NCBI RefSeq assembly: GCF_036971445.1 | Contig: NC_091473.1 | Coordinates: 250,294,001 to 250,358,000 of the forward strand | Length of the DNA: 64,000 bases | Direction: 5' to 3' | DNA from: Narcine bancroftii | Lineage: Eukaryota | Shown here: positions 22,290-35,565 of the stretch, one piece after another | Numbering within the stretch: position 1 is the stretch's first letter | Layout: each line of letters opens with the position of its first letter | The notes under the pieces: generated by a model | Told to the model about the DNA's origin: nothing | Databases searched by the model: none | Seen by the model: the letters and a program-made list of their open reading frames with translations, nothing else | Position numbers and translations under genes: made by a program

Positions 22290-23290
22290 TTCATATTTCA
22301 GATTTATTGTCAGAATACATACATGACATTCAAATTAGTTGTGCAAAAAATAAACTGTACACAGTATAAACATGTAAACAAAGAACTGCAAACAGATAAT
22401 GAATGTAAACAATCTGACTGTGCAATACAGAGAGAATAAAAATAAAATCAATAAAGTGCACAAGTAAGAGTCCTGAAATGAGTTCTTGATTGAGTTTGTT
22501 GTTAAGGTGTCTGACGGTAGAGGGGGAGCAGCTGTTCCTGAACCTGGTGGTGTGAGTCTTGTGGCACCTACACCTCATTCCTGATGGCAGCAGTGAGAAC
22601 TGAGCATGCGCTGGGTGGTGTGGATCCTTGATAACTGCTGCTGCTCTCTGACGGCAGCTTTCAATATAGATTATCTTGATGGTGGGGAGGGTTTTGCCTG
22701 TGATATCCTGGGCTGTATCCAATACCTTTTGGAGGTCAGGGGTATGCTGTTCCCTTACCAGACTGTGATGCAGGCAGTCAGCACACCTTCCACCACACCG
22801 CCGTAGAAATTCGCCAGGGTTTCTGATGTCATATCAAACTTCCACAAACTCCTGAGGAAGTAGAGGCACAGACATGCTTTCTTCATGATGTCATTAGTGT
22901 GTTGGGTCCAGAAAAGATCCTCTGAGATAGTGACTCCCAAGAACTTAATTTGCACACCCTCTCCACCTCTGATCCCCCAATAATGACATCCTTTTCTGAA
23001 GTCCATAATCAGCTCCTTAGTTTTGGTTTCATTGAGTACAAGGTTGTTGTTGGTGCACATTCAGCCAAGTTTTCAACCTCCATCCACTATGCAACTTTAT
23101 ACAACTCACCACCGTGGGATCGGCAGCAAATTTGTAGATGGCGTTATTGTCATACTGAGCCACACAGTTGTAGGTGTAAAGTGACTAGAGCAGGAGGCTA
23201 AGAACACACCTCCATGGTGCTCTGGTACTGATGGAGATTGTGGAGAGGTTCTTACCAATTTTCACTGATTGTGGTCTGGAGCGGAGGAGA
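22290..23290 (-). mobile_element. Rex/Babar-type LINE fragment
   Basis: NNL.LN..KTKELI.DFRK, KFLGVTIS.DL.W and HPAH..FSLLPSG.R.R...TTRFRNS motifs. Confidence 0.85.
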
Positions 23291-23949
23291 TTAGAGAGGG
23301 GACTTGCACTTCCATGGTGGAACAAAGGAAACAAACTGCTGGGGGAACCGAATGGATTGAGGAGTATCTGTGGGGGGAAAGGAATTATTGGTACACCAGG
23401 TCAAGACTTCACATCAGGAATGATGTAGGGTTTCGACCTGAAACATCAGCAATTACTTTTCCCGCACAGATGCTATTCAACCTGTTGGGGTTCCTCCAGC
23501 AGGGTTTATTTTGCTCAAGATTCCAGCATCTGCGGTCTCTTGTTCCTGCGTTTATAGCATGGAAGCACATCACTGAGTATTTTACAGGAAACACCAGCCA
23601 GTTTTCTCATCAACAGCAATGTATGGTCAGTGCAAGAAAAAGTACTGAAACTCTCAGCAGTTCAGGCAGCATCTGTAGAGAGAGACGAGTTGGAGTCACA
23701 AGAGACACAAGAGACTGCAGATGCTGGAATCTGGAAATAAAATCAGAGTAACTCGGGAGGTCACGTAGCATCAGTGGAGGGAAAGAGAATACAGCGACGG
23801 CAGTCAACGTTTCGGATTGTGCCGATCAGCACATCTCACTGCGCTGGAAACTTGAAAAATTCAGCATCGCTCCCAATTCCCATGCAAGAATAATTATTTA
23901 TCTGCTACCTCTCATCTTTCTGCATGTACGGCCATAAGGGTCACCAAAA

Positions 23950-24195
23950 TTAGTGTAATGGTTAGCACAACGGTGCTACTGCGCCAGTGACGTGGGTTCG
24001 AATCCAGTACTATCATAAGGAGTTTGTACATTCTCCCCATGTCTGCACGACTTTCCTCAGAGTGCTTTGGTTTCCTCCCACCCTTCAAAACGTGGAGGTC
24101 AATTAGGTGTAATTGGGCTGCACAGGTTCAGGGGCCGGAAGGGCCTGTTACAGTGCTGGATGTCTAAATTATTTTAAAATTTAAGTTTAAATTTT
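23950..24195 (+). mobile_element. tRNA-derived V-SINE (HE1-like)
   Basis: B-box GGTTCGAATCC at 23995-24005, then V-domain-like TCTCCCCATGTCTGC...GGTTTCCTCCCAC. Related copies at ~32150-32350 (-), 42480-42700 (+), 43850-44090 (-) and 57950-58160 (-). Confidence 0.75.
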
Positions 24196-24647
24196 AATTT
24201 GGTCCTGTCTGTAAAGAGTTTGTACATTCTCCCATGTTTGCAATCCTCAATCTCTTACTTATGTAATATAAGGACTCACTTCTCCATCCTCCTGTTGAGA
24301 AGAAGATGTGCAAGTGTAGAGGTCACACACTATCAGATTCAAGCACAGTTTCTTTCCCATTGCTCTCCAGCTCCTGAAAGAACATCACACTCGTAAAATC
24401 ATGTGGCTTTCACTCTAATCCCTGTATGTAACTGTTGTACTGTGTTTTAACTACTGTACTCTACTTGGGTTTATTTGCAGGACTGCTTGCAGTAGGATTT
24501 TTTTTCCGTTATGTTGGATTAATCAAGATTTGCTGATGGTGGTGTCTGCAATTGACATGTCTTAACTGAATCCTGTCTGTGAGTAAAATGGGCGAGAATG
24601 ATTTAAAACATGACCTGAGGTTTCATAGTCTCCCTTCATCTCCCTAG

Positions 24648-24872
24648 GCAGGGGTTCCCAACCTGGGGTACAAGTACCCCCAGTGGTACATTTGCACTTT
24701 TCAGGGGGTACATTGGGTCTGAGAGAATAACCACTACTGTACCATACATGGTGTTGTAATCTGCAGTCAGATTGCACAATGTTGTATTTTTTTTATCCTT
24801 AATTTTTAGGGGTACATGGGAACCTATAAAAATGCCCAAGGGGTACAGAGGAACAAAAAAGTTGGCATCCTA
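24648..24872. mobile_element. Degenerate hAT-type MITE
   Basis: Left end CAGGGGTTCCCAACCT; decayed right end AAAAGTTGGCATCC; internal GGGGTAC repeats. Confidence 0.5.
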
Positions 24873-24983
24873 TCCCCTACTCTGAGATCTCCTTAAGTCT
24901 ATAATTCTGTTTTCTTTCATGCTCCCATTATCCATCGGTGACTGAGTTCTCAGCTGCTTGGACTCTGACACACTCTTTCCACC

Positions 24984-25020
<37 letters not shown>

Positions 25021-25039
25021 TTTAAAATGCTCTTCAAAG

Positions 25040-25330
25040 TCCACTTTACAGCATGTGTTTGCCCCCACCACCCAGGCCAGGCCCTCTTCACTCTGCTACC
25101 ATCAGGGAAAAGGTACAGGAGCCTAAAGACGAGCAGTCAACGGCACAAGGACGGCTGCCATCAGATTCCTGACTGATCAATGAACTTATTTTTCATGGAC
25201 TATTATTATTATATTTTTTATATAGTAATGTCATAAGATGGTTCTAATATGTATATTTGCACGATGTTGCTGCAAAACATCGAATTTCATAACTTGTTTA
25301 TGACAATAAATCCTAATTCTGATTCTGATC
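25040..25330 (+). mobile_element. Rex/Babar-type LINE 3' fragment
   Basis: HHPGQALFTLLPSGKRYRSLKT and tail AATAAATCCTAATTCTGATTCTGA. Confidence 0.75.
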
Positions 25331-25809
25331 TGCAATATCCACTTTAGGCCTTAATAGAAAGATTTGCTTGATGATGCTCTTGCAAAGTTCCGACAAACCA
25401 TAAAGGTTTATATAGGCTGGTGCAGTATCATAAGCCAAAGGGCTTGTACTACTTCCTTATGCTGTGACTATGGAAAGATGATACATAAATGTAGGCACTT
25501 GTTCTTATCTTGAGGAATCGGAGTCTTCCTTCAAACACACTGTGGAAGATTAACAACCAGTGATGTCAAAACTGCAGGAAAGTGACATATTTGGTTATCA
25601 ATGATGGATTTGTTTGACACAGGGAAGAGAAAATTCTCACCTTAGTGGAAAACTGTCAAGAGGGTTTTATGTCTAGTTGCACTGTTAAAAGGTTGATCTA
25701 GCCTTGGTTCTGTAAAAGTTCACACTGCCATTGAAAGAATTGCATAACAAGCAGGCTGCCTTTTGAGTCAGAGATCAAGGGTTCAAGTGGCCAGTTTATT
25801 TCAGTGGAG

Positions 25810-26590
25810 AGAAGATTCAAGATTCCTTTATTGGCATGTAATGAAAAGTGTCATATTACATGGAATTTGCTTCATGGCAGACAGATTTGCCATCGGGAGA
25901 AATTGCCTGAAGCGCCTCTTACAGCCAGAGAAAGAGAAGCAAAATAACTTCTCAAGGGGAGGTTCAAGAAAGTCCCCTCAGTCACTGAGTGTCTGTGGAT
26001 TTACCTCCAGCGCTGCTGCAGCCACCGTAGCCGCACTGAGTCCAATCTAAATCAACAACACCCCAAAAGCTCCCAATTTGAACCTCTGACACAATCAGGA
26101 AACTCCTCTCCAATACTTGGTACCCCTTCAGTCAGTCTCGAGCTAGTCTCTTGAGCTGTCTGCCGCCTGGTGTGAATCTACAGCCCACAGCCTATTGGTG
26201 TTCTCCCCTCGAGTCGCCAACAATCTAGCACAGAAAGCCCTGGTTTGCTGTCGTGGTCACCGTCCTGTGGGTCGTCTCCTCTGCTTCTCCTTCTCAAACA
26301 GGGGGCATTCTCCTCGTTACTGATGCCCTGTGCTGGTCCTCTGCTCCCTCAGAGTCTGCAACCCCTTGCGGCCGTTGCCTATCATAGGTGCCGCCATCTA
26401 GGGCGCAGATCCCGCGGTCACTGATTTTTTAAATAAAACCATTGTTAGCTCCATTGGGAGGCTGTTTAAATCCTGTACAAGGCTGACGGCAGTTGAACTG
26501 GGTGGTTGGATCCCGCAGGAGCACTCTTTCTCTGCTCTCCGCGGACCCACACCAGTGTTACCGCAGCTCCAGCATCACTGGCATTTTCAT
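25810..26590 (-). mobile_element. Unclassified non-coding interspersed repeat (longest copy in the window)
   Basis: Reverse complement aligns by eye with 46040-46600 and 330-572. Confidence 0.55.
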
Positions 26591-27151
26591 TGGGATTCAT
26601 CGGGGTGCTGCCTAGGATTGAAGAAGTTTCACTTTGAGGAGATATTGGGTCGGTTAGGATTCTTCTCCTAGGAGCAAAGAAGATTGGGGAGTGACCTGAA
26701 AGAAGTACGTGGAGAGGCATAGGTAGAGCAGTCAAAATCTGACTTGCAAAGTCATAGAGAGGAGTTTTGAAAGGAGTTCAGAGGGCTTGGTGGATAGTTT
26801 TAAATAGAGAATGGGTGCTATCCGGATCACACTTGCAGAGGTGGTGGAATCAGAGACAACAATGTTTAGACATACATCAGAATAGGCAAGGCCTTGAAGG
26901 AAATGATCCAAATGTAAGAATCTGGGTTAGTGGATGTGGGCAGAGGTCAGAATGGACTTGATGGGCTGAAGGTCCTGTTTCAGTGATGCCCAAGGGCGAG
27001 GGACATCGGGTAAGTTAAAGAACATCACCAACATAGAGAAGAACTGTGAGAGGGCTGATGGGTCTACTCTTATGAACAGGATGCTTCCCACAAGAATGTG
27101 ATAAGTGCTGTGTTTTATATCATAGAGGATGCAGGTTTATCAGCCTCTGTC

Positions 27152-30030
27152 GATCAGCCAGTGGTCCACCCTAACCTTAACTGATCAGCCGGTGGTCCAC
27201 CCTAACCTTAACTGATCAGCCGGTGGTCCACCCTAACCTTAACTGATCAGCCGGTGGTCCACCCTAACCTTAACTGATCAGCCGGTGGTCCACCCTAATC
27301 TTAACTGATCAGCCGGTGGTCCACCCTAACCTTAACTGATCAGCCGGTGGTCCACCCTAATCTTAACTGATCAGCCGGTGGTCCACCCTAACCTTAACTG
27401 ATCAGCCGGTGGTCCACCCTAACCATAACTGATCAGCCGGTGGTCCATCCTAATCTTAACTGATCAGCCGGTGGTCCACCCTAACCTTAACTGATCAGCC
27501 GGTGGTCCACCCTAACCTTAACTGATCAGCCGGTGGTCCACCCTAACCTTAACTGATCAGCCGGTGGTCCACCCTAATCTTAACTGATCAGCCGGTGGTC
27601 CACCCTAACCTTAACTGATCAGCCGGTGGTCCACCCTAACCTTAACTGATCAGCCGGTGGTCCACCCTAACCTTAACTGATCAGCCGGTGGTCCACCCTA
27701 ACCTTAACTGATCAGCCGGTGGTCCACCCTAACCTTAACTGATCAGCCGGTGGTCCACCCTAACCTTAACTGATCAGCCGGTGGTCCACCCTAACCTTAA
27801 CTGATCAGCCGGTGGTCCACCCTAACCTTAACTGATCAGCCGGTGGTCCACCCTAACCTTAACTGATCAGCCGGTGGTCCACCCTAACCTTAACTGATCA
27901 GCCGGTGGTCCACCCTAACCTTAACTGATCAGCCGGTGGTCCACCCTAACCTTAACTGATCAGCCGGTGGTCCACCCTAACCTTAACTGATCAGCCGGTG
28001 GTCCACCCTAATCTTAACTGATCAGCCGGTGGTCCACCCTAACCTTAACTGATCAGCCGGTGGTCCACCCTAACCTTAACTGATCAGCCGGTGGTCCACC
28101 CTAACCATAACTGATCAGCCGGTGGTCCACCCTAACCATAACTGATCAGCCGGTGGTCCACCCTAACCTTAACTGATCAGCCGGTGGTCCACCCTAACCT
28201 TAACTGATCAGCCGGTGGTCCACCCTAACCTTAACTGATCAGCCGGTGGTCCACCCTAACCTTAACTGATCAGCCGGTGGTCCACCCTAATCTTAACTGA
28301 TCAGCCGGTGGTCCACCCTAACCTTAACTGATCAGCCGGTGGTCCACCCTAACCTTAACTGATCAGCCGGTGGTCCACCCTAACCATAACTGATCAGCCG
28401 GTGGTCCACCCTAACCATAACTGATCAGCCGGTGGTCCATCCTAACCTTAACTGATCAGCCGGTGGTCCACCCTAACCTTAACTGATCAGCCGGTGGTCC
28501 ACCCTAACCATAACTGATCAGCCGGTGGTCCACCCTAACCATAACTGATCAGCCGGTGGTCCACCCTAACCATAACTGATCAGCCGGTGGTCCACCCTAA
28601 CCATAACTGATCAGCCGGTGGTCCACCCTAACCTTAACTGATCAGCCGGTGGTCCACCCTAATCTTAACTGATCAGCCGGTGGTCCACCCTAACCTTAAC
28701 TGATCAGCCGGTGGTCCACCCTAACCTTAACTGATCAGCCGGTGGTCCACCCTAACCATAACTGATCAGCCGGTGGTCCACCCTAACCATAACTGATCAG
28801 CCGGTGGTCCACCCTAACCTTAACTGATCAGCCGGTGGTCCACCCTAACCTTAACTGATCAGCCGGTGGTCCACCCTAACCTTAACTGATCAGCCGGTGG
28901 TCCACCCTAACCTTAACTGATCAGCCGGTGGTCCACCCTAATCTTAACTGATCAGCCGGTGGTCCACCCTAACCTTAACTGATCAGCCGGTGGTCCACCC
29001 TAACCTTAACTGATCAGCCGGTGGTCCACCCTAACCATAACTGATCAGCCGGTGGTCCACCCTAACCATAACTGATCAGCCGGTGGTCCATCCTAACCTT
29101 AACTGATCAGCCGGTGGTCCACCCTAACCTTAACTGATCAGCCGGTGGTCCACCCTAACCATAACTGATCAGCCGGTGGTCCACCCTAACCATAACTGAT
29201 CAGCCGGTGGTCCACCCTAACCTTAACTGATCAGCCGGTGGTCCACCCTAACCTTAACTGATCAGCCGGTGGTCCACCCTAACCTTAACTGATCAGCCGG
29301 TGGTCCACCCTAACCATAACTGATCAGCCGGTGGTCCACCCTAACCTTAACTGATCAGCCGGTGGTCCACCCTAACCTTAACTGATCAGCCGGTGGTCCA
29401 CCCTAACCTTAACTGATCAGCCGGTGGTCCACCCTAACCATAACTGATCAGCCGGTGGTCCATCCTAATCTTAACTGATCAGCCGGTGGTCCACCCTAAC
29501 CTTAACTGATCAGCCGGTGGTCCACCCTAACCTTAACTGATCAGCCGGTGGTCCACCCTAACCATAACTGATCAGCCGGTGGTCCACCCTAACCTTAACT
29601 GATCAGCCGGTGGTCCACCCTAACCTTAACTGATCAGCCGGTGGTCCACCCTAACCATAACTGATCAGCCGGTGGTCCATCCTAATCTTAACTGATCAGC
29701 CGGTGGTCCACCCTAACCTTAACTGATCAGCCGGTGGTCCACCCTAACCTTAACTGATCAGCCGGTGGTCCACCCTAACCATAACTGATCAGCCGGTGGT
29801 CCACCCTAACCTTAACTGATCAGCCGGTGGTCCACCCTAACCTTAACTGATCAGCCGGTGGTCCACCCTAACCATAACTGATCAGCCGGTGGTCCATCCT
29901 AATCTTAACTGATCAGCCGGTGGTCCACCCTAACCTTAACTGATCAGCCGGTGGTCCACCCTAACCTTAACTGATCAGCCGGTGGTCCACCCTAACCTTA
30001 ACTGATCAGCCGGTGGTCCATCCTAACCCT
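27152..30030. repeat. 31-bp satellite (GATCAGCCGGTGGTCCACCCTAACCTTAACT), about 93 copies
   Basis: Uninterrupted tandem array with three recurrent variants (CCATAA, CTAATC, CCATCC). Confidence 0.98.
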
Positions 30031-32469
30031 CACCCTGGCTGAACAGGAGGACAAGTGACACTAATAACAAAAAGTGAGACTTCTCACCCATAAAAGAAAT
30101 GCAACTTTCTGCTTGCAAGCACTTTCTAGACGACACATCTAGAGGTGCCAGTAATGCTTCTACTGAATTGTTCTGGGTTATCTGGTTAGTAGATATAAGG
30201 TTTGGGGAGTCATGTCTGAGGTGGTGCATCCGGTACAAGTTCCTTTAGGACCCAGCTGTTCCTGCCACAGTGCTCCCTCACAGCTGTCTCACCCTTCAAC
30301 TCCTGCTCCAGGTGGCAGAGATTAAATCACACTTCCTCTCATCTTCCTCCACACAATCTCCACAATCAAAATAACTCCGTTCCCCCTCGTCTTTGTTTTT
30401 TTTCTTTAGAAAATAATTGTTTGGTTTTCAACTGGTCAATGACAATTTAATTCAATAAAATTGCCCCAACTTTAAAAAAACAAGCATGAGATTTAAGTTA
30501 ACTGTAAGTGCCTTTGAGAAATTCACTTACAACCCAAACACGTGAGTTGATAGGTTGACTGGCCACTGTAAATTGCCCCTACGTGTGGGTGTGTGGTAGA
30601 GTCTGGGGGTGGGGGGTTTTGGGAATGCAGGGAGAATAAAAAATAGGAACAATGTAAGATCAGTGTAACTGGGTGGTTGGTCAATATGACTCATTGAGCT
30701 GAAGGGTTTGTTCCTGGGCTGTATTAATAGAGGGAGGCACGGTTAGTGCCACACTGTTACAGCGCCAGAGATCAGGACAGGCCCGTTGCTGTGCTGTACC
30801 TCTCAATTTATTTATTTTCTGCACTCCGCTTAAGTTCCTGGGCATCACGGGTTTCCAAACCAGGCAGTGCTGCAACCAGTCATTATACTTTCCACCTCTT
30901 GGCATCCAAAGATCGGTGCATCGTACCAAAGTAGTAATGATCTTTATTGTAAATCAACACTCACAATGGGTCCATACATACCCCCCCCCCCCCCCCACCA
31001 CCCCACTGCGGAGACCACAGCATAGTTAAGGGGGGGGGAAAGGACTAAAATTATTTTTGTTATGTAGTTGGTCAGAGAGAAGTACAGAAGAAAACAACTG
31101 AATGACTGTTTCACACGGAAGGGGCCCATATACTTTGAGCAGAGACCTTAGCAGGGTGTAGCCAAAAAAAGGTTGTGAATGGGCTGCTGTGAATGACATG
31201 GGCAAAATCAGGTTGTGAGCAAAGGGATTCTAAAAGCACCTGCAGGCTTTTGGTTTCAGAAAGAGGCAGCCTTGAAGAAAACAGATGAAGGGTCAGAACA
31301 TTGTCAAATTTATTAAAAAAGGCTCCAATTCTAAACCAATGACGATGGTGTCTTTCCAAATGAAGAAACTAAAAGATTTTATTCATGATTCATGCATTGT
31401 CATAGATAAGGATTAAAGCTAAGGTTACATGAAGATAAGGAGATATTAGTAACACCTGTGGTTTCCCCCTCTAGTCACAATTCATGAGGATGTTACAAGG
31501 AGTGGTGGGCTGGGTGTATGAGTACTTTTCTCCCCAGGCCATGGGAGGCTGAGGGGGCCTCTATAAAGTTTCATAGATCATGACTATTAACATAGATCAG
31601 CTAAATAGTCAAAGACATAGATTTCAGGTGAGAAGGGAAAGACTTAAGTTCAAGCCATCTGATTGTACAACTCGACGAAAGTCTTCTCCAGTCCTCAGTG
31701 CAAAACACACAGATACACAACCAGAAATAACATACAAAAAGACAAATAATACATATGCAGGACCATTATTTTATCTATAAAAATAAGTCAATACATATTG
31801 TTTTGCACAAATGAGAGTCTCAGATGGATAGTGTGAGCAGATCCTTTGGTTTGTTCAAGAACCTGATGGCTGTTGGAAAAACAAACTTAATTGAACTGTT
31901 GTGCAGCTTCTCCTCCAAAACTTTTTTTTCTAACTCCAGAAAACCTTTCTTTGGACGTGCAACAACTCAACAGGTCAGAGAAATAGCCAGGGTGATGATA
32001 TTTAATCAAATCCAGGGATTGTTAGGCATATTTAAGGTTGCAAAGAGAGGTGTGGCAAGTAGAAAGAGAAGGTCTGTGATGGAGCAGAGATCCAACAAAA
32101 GTGGATGACGCAGATTTAAGTCAGGAAAGAGAAGGTGGCAAGGACTTACTTTTTTTTATTTACAAGAGAGTACATTAACCCGTGATGCCCAATTAACCTA
32201 CAACCCGTGCATTTTACAAGGCGGGAGGAAACTAAAGCATGTGGAGAAAACCCACACAGGTCACAAAGAGAATGCATGAACTCCTTACAGACTTCAACCC
32301 AGGTTGCTGTAAAAGTGTTGCGCTAACAGCTATGCTGCCCATACTGCCCTGAGACAATGGGATATTATCTGTCTGGGGGAGGTGTAATAGCAGGAGAACA
32401 GAAGAGTGAGAAATAAGTTCTGGGACTGTGAGATATTAATAAATAAGGAGCAAAAGCCATTATTGTGCT

Positions 32470-33290
32470 CTCTGTAACTGGATTCTGGACTTTCTAACGG
32501 AAAGGCCAGTCTGTTTGAGTCAGTAGCAGAATGCTGAGTACTGTAACACAGTGCACTGGTGCACCTCAGGGCACTGTGACCTATAACCGCATTGCCAGAT
32601 CTAACTCCAACATATCATCAAGTTTGGAGATGAGTTGGACTACAGAGAAGAGATGGAAAATCTCCTGAAATGATGCAAGAGTAACAATTTGAGTCTCAAC
32701 GTGGACAAGACTAAGGAGATTATTGTGGAATTCAGGAGAACCAGGAACGACCAGTCTTCACAGCACATCAAAATCTCTGTAGTAGAGTACCAAATTCCTT
32801 GGAGTTCACTTCACTAGTGACCTATCATGGACGCACATCTTCCCACTTGTCAAGAAGGTGCAACGACTTTCTATAGTAGCTCTAATGTGAGCGTCCTGGC
32901 CAGCTGCATCACAGTGTGGTACAGTTGCTGCAGAGAAATGTATCGGATGTCAATCCGCAGGACCTTAAGAGATGATCACTGGAGTCTCCCCACCCACTAT
33001 CGACGTGATTTACTGGGATCGTTGGCTGATGAGGGCATGCAAAATCATTGAGGACCCCCTTCCACCTCCGCTCCTATCAGAGAAGACATAGAGGGATCAG
33101 AGCCAGCACCACCAGGCTGAGGAGCAGCTTCTTCCCACGGACCATGAAGATGCTGAACGACCAAAGGAACCACTCATACTGACCATCTGAGAATTTCGTA
33201 TTTCTGAAACAATATTTATTTATTTGTATAGCTAAAATACATGTCCTACAGGGCAGGAGGAAATTGTTTCAGATGACAATAAACTTGATT
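32470..33290 (+). mobile_element. Decayed Rex/Babar-type LINE
   Basis: TG.PQG, IIKF.D, NNLSLNVDKTKEIIVEFR and SCITVWY motifs; tail ACAATAAACTTGA. Confidence 0.75.
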
Positions 33291-34269
33291 TGAAGTAGTA
33301 TACAAGCAAGCAAATTAGCTCAAAACTCTGTATCCTCATGAAGTTGAGGTCTTTCTCTAAGTGAGGCTAGGTTCCATCTTTAAAAAAAAATGATTAATTT
33401 GGTTCTTAACTAGGTCTCAAAACCTTTCGTCACTTTATACTGGTTCTCTCCCTTCTACACCCTCAATCTTGTACACAGGTCCTGCCTGACCTGCTTGAAG
33501 GTAGCAGCGAAAAGAGGTTGTGACCAGGGTGATGGAGATCCCATATGTTGAGTGCCATCTTGAGGTCTTCAATGGACATGAGGCTGGAGCCCGTGGTAGC
33601 TAGGTTCGCTACTTTCTGCAGGTTTCTGTGTTCCTGTGCACCAGTATTTTCAACTGCTGCCATTTCTTGTCCCAAAATATACTCTATTTTGCAAAGCTAA
33701 TTATCAATACATGGCCTCAAAACTGCAGCAATTGTTGCCTCTTTGCTTTACTGTACAGGATCAATCATGTCAGTGAAATTCTCTCTGGCCCTTAGCACCA
33801 GACAGTTTTTAGCTAAGTACAATGGCGCCCTCCAGTGATGACAGCAACACTTGCAACTCAACCGCAGTGGCACAGAAATACCAACATTTTCCTGGAGATA
33901 TAGGGGTGACTGAAAATGATGGAATCTGGAGCAAAACACAACCTGCCATTTAAATTTAGCACATTGAACAGTACCAGTGGAAGAAAAAGATTTGTCAACG
34001 TTCTGGGTCGAAACCCCTCAAGGTCATAGTGCAGAGGGGAGATATCTTTGAATGAAGTCGAGTGCAGTACACATATGCTGGTGTAACTCTGCACCAATAA
34101 GGAAACCTTCTTCAGGGTAGGCATCCCTTGACGAGACATCACAGTGGAGCAGCCAAATGGAGTTAAACAATATTCCCATATGCAGGTTTTCTTTTATAAC
34201 TCCATACTCAAGGTATGTGTGTGTTGGGGGAGGGGTGTGTTGGACAGAGAGTTGTAGATTGATGAACCA

Positions 34270-34720
34270 GGAAAGGGCGAAGGACTATGGTCAGAGGCAG
34301 CTGATTGACAAATGCTCATATGCCTGTCCTTGGCCACGTGAACTATTTCACCAAGACCACCCGTAAATTGGAGGAACAACTCTTGATTTTCCATCTGGGC
34401 ACTCTCAATGGCATTAGCAATGACTTCTCCGGTGTCTGCTTTGTTCTCCTTTCCCTTCTTTCCTCTAACCCTTCACCCCCTTTCCCTCTCCATTCACAGA
34501 GGCAGCCCTCTTCTCCCTGCTTGCTGCTATGCCCTTCCTCCCTTATCCACCTATTACCTCCTGCCTTTGGGACCGTGCTCCTCCCCCCCTACCATTTTGT
34601 TTGGGCGTCTGCCAACATCTTCTATACCCAATGTTGGTATTGGTACATTGGTTATGTACCTTTATCCTAAAAGTATACAGTTAAAGTAAATTCAGCTGAG
34701 TTTCTCCAGCATTGTGTTTT
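34270..34720 (+). mobile_element. Penelope-like element 3' fragment
   Basis: RKLEEQLLIFHLGTL...N.DFS motif followed by a pyrimidine-rich tract. Homologous to 60680-61140 (-). Confidence 0.65.
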
Positions 34721-35565
34721 TACAATAAAGATAACAGATGGAGGAAGATGAGTCACACTGGGTGGAGGGGGTGTGATAAATGGAGACAAAGGCTGGCTGT
34801 GTTCCATTCTGATTCCAACACTGGCAGTCTTTGTCTCAAAGTATCTCCTCTCTCCCCAGTTGCTACCTGATCCTGTGAATTTTGCCAGCATTTTTGATTT
34901 TGCTTTTGGACTATGTTTAAAAGAGATTAGAGGACTGCATTTTCCATTGATGGTAGGATGAGCTTGATGTATCCAAAGTGGCTAGTGTTTTCCCACAATA
35001 ACTTAATTGTAAAGAGATTAAATTTTTGGGATAACCTGATATGTTTTGTTGTGTGTCCAACTCTTTGTTTATTACCATCTGAACATGTTCCAAAATAGTT
35101 GGAAAGGAATCTATCCCCATTGGCAATTCTATCTCTGCCCTTTATTTGCATTCCATGAAAAATTATAATCTTCCATGTAGTATAACTTTAATTAGGGCAT
35201 GTGTATGCTTTGCAAGGTCTATTCTATGAACCAAAAGTTCCCCATTGCCGATGCAACCACCTCTCCTACCAATCAGTTGTGACAACAGATCATGTCCGAA
35301 ATTCTTTACTTATATTAACCTTCCTTTGAACCACGTATCAACATTCAACTGCCTCAGCCATAAAGATGTATGGAATTAAAGTTTTTATCATCAAATACAT
35401 GGATGTACAGTGAAAAGCTTTTTTGTGTCTGCCATCTTGTCATGTCAATTCATACTCAAATACAGCAGTTTGTGCAATAATAAAACAGAAGTGTAGGGTG
35501 TATGAAGTCAGAGGGCACAGTATTACAAAGGAAGTGCAGAGTGCAGAGAAAGGTACAGTTTAAAC

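Noticed and set aside
27152-30030. CRISPR array (31-bp partly palindromic repeat)
   Set aside because: Units are head-to-tail with no unique spacers, there are no cas genes, and the context is vertebrate.
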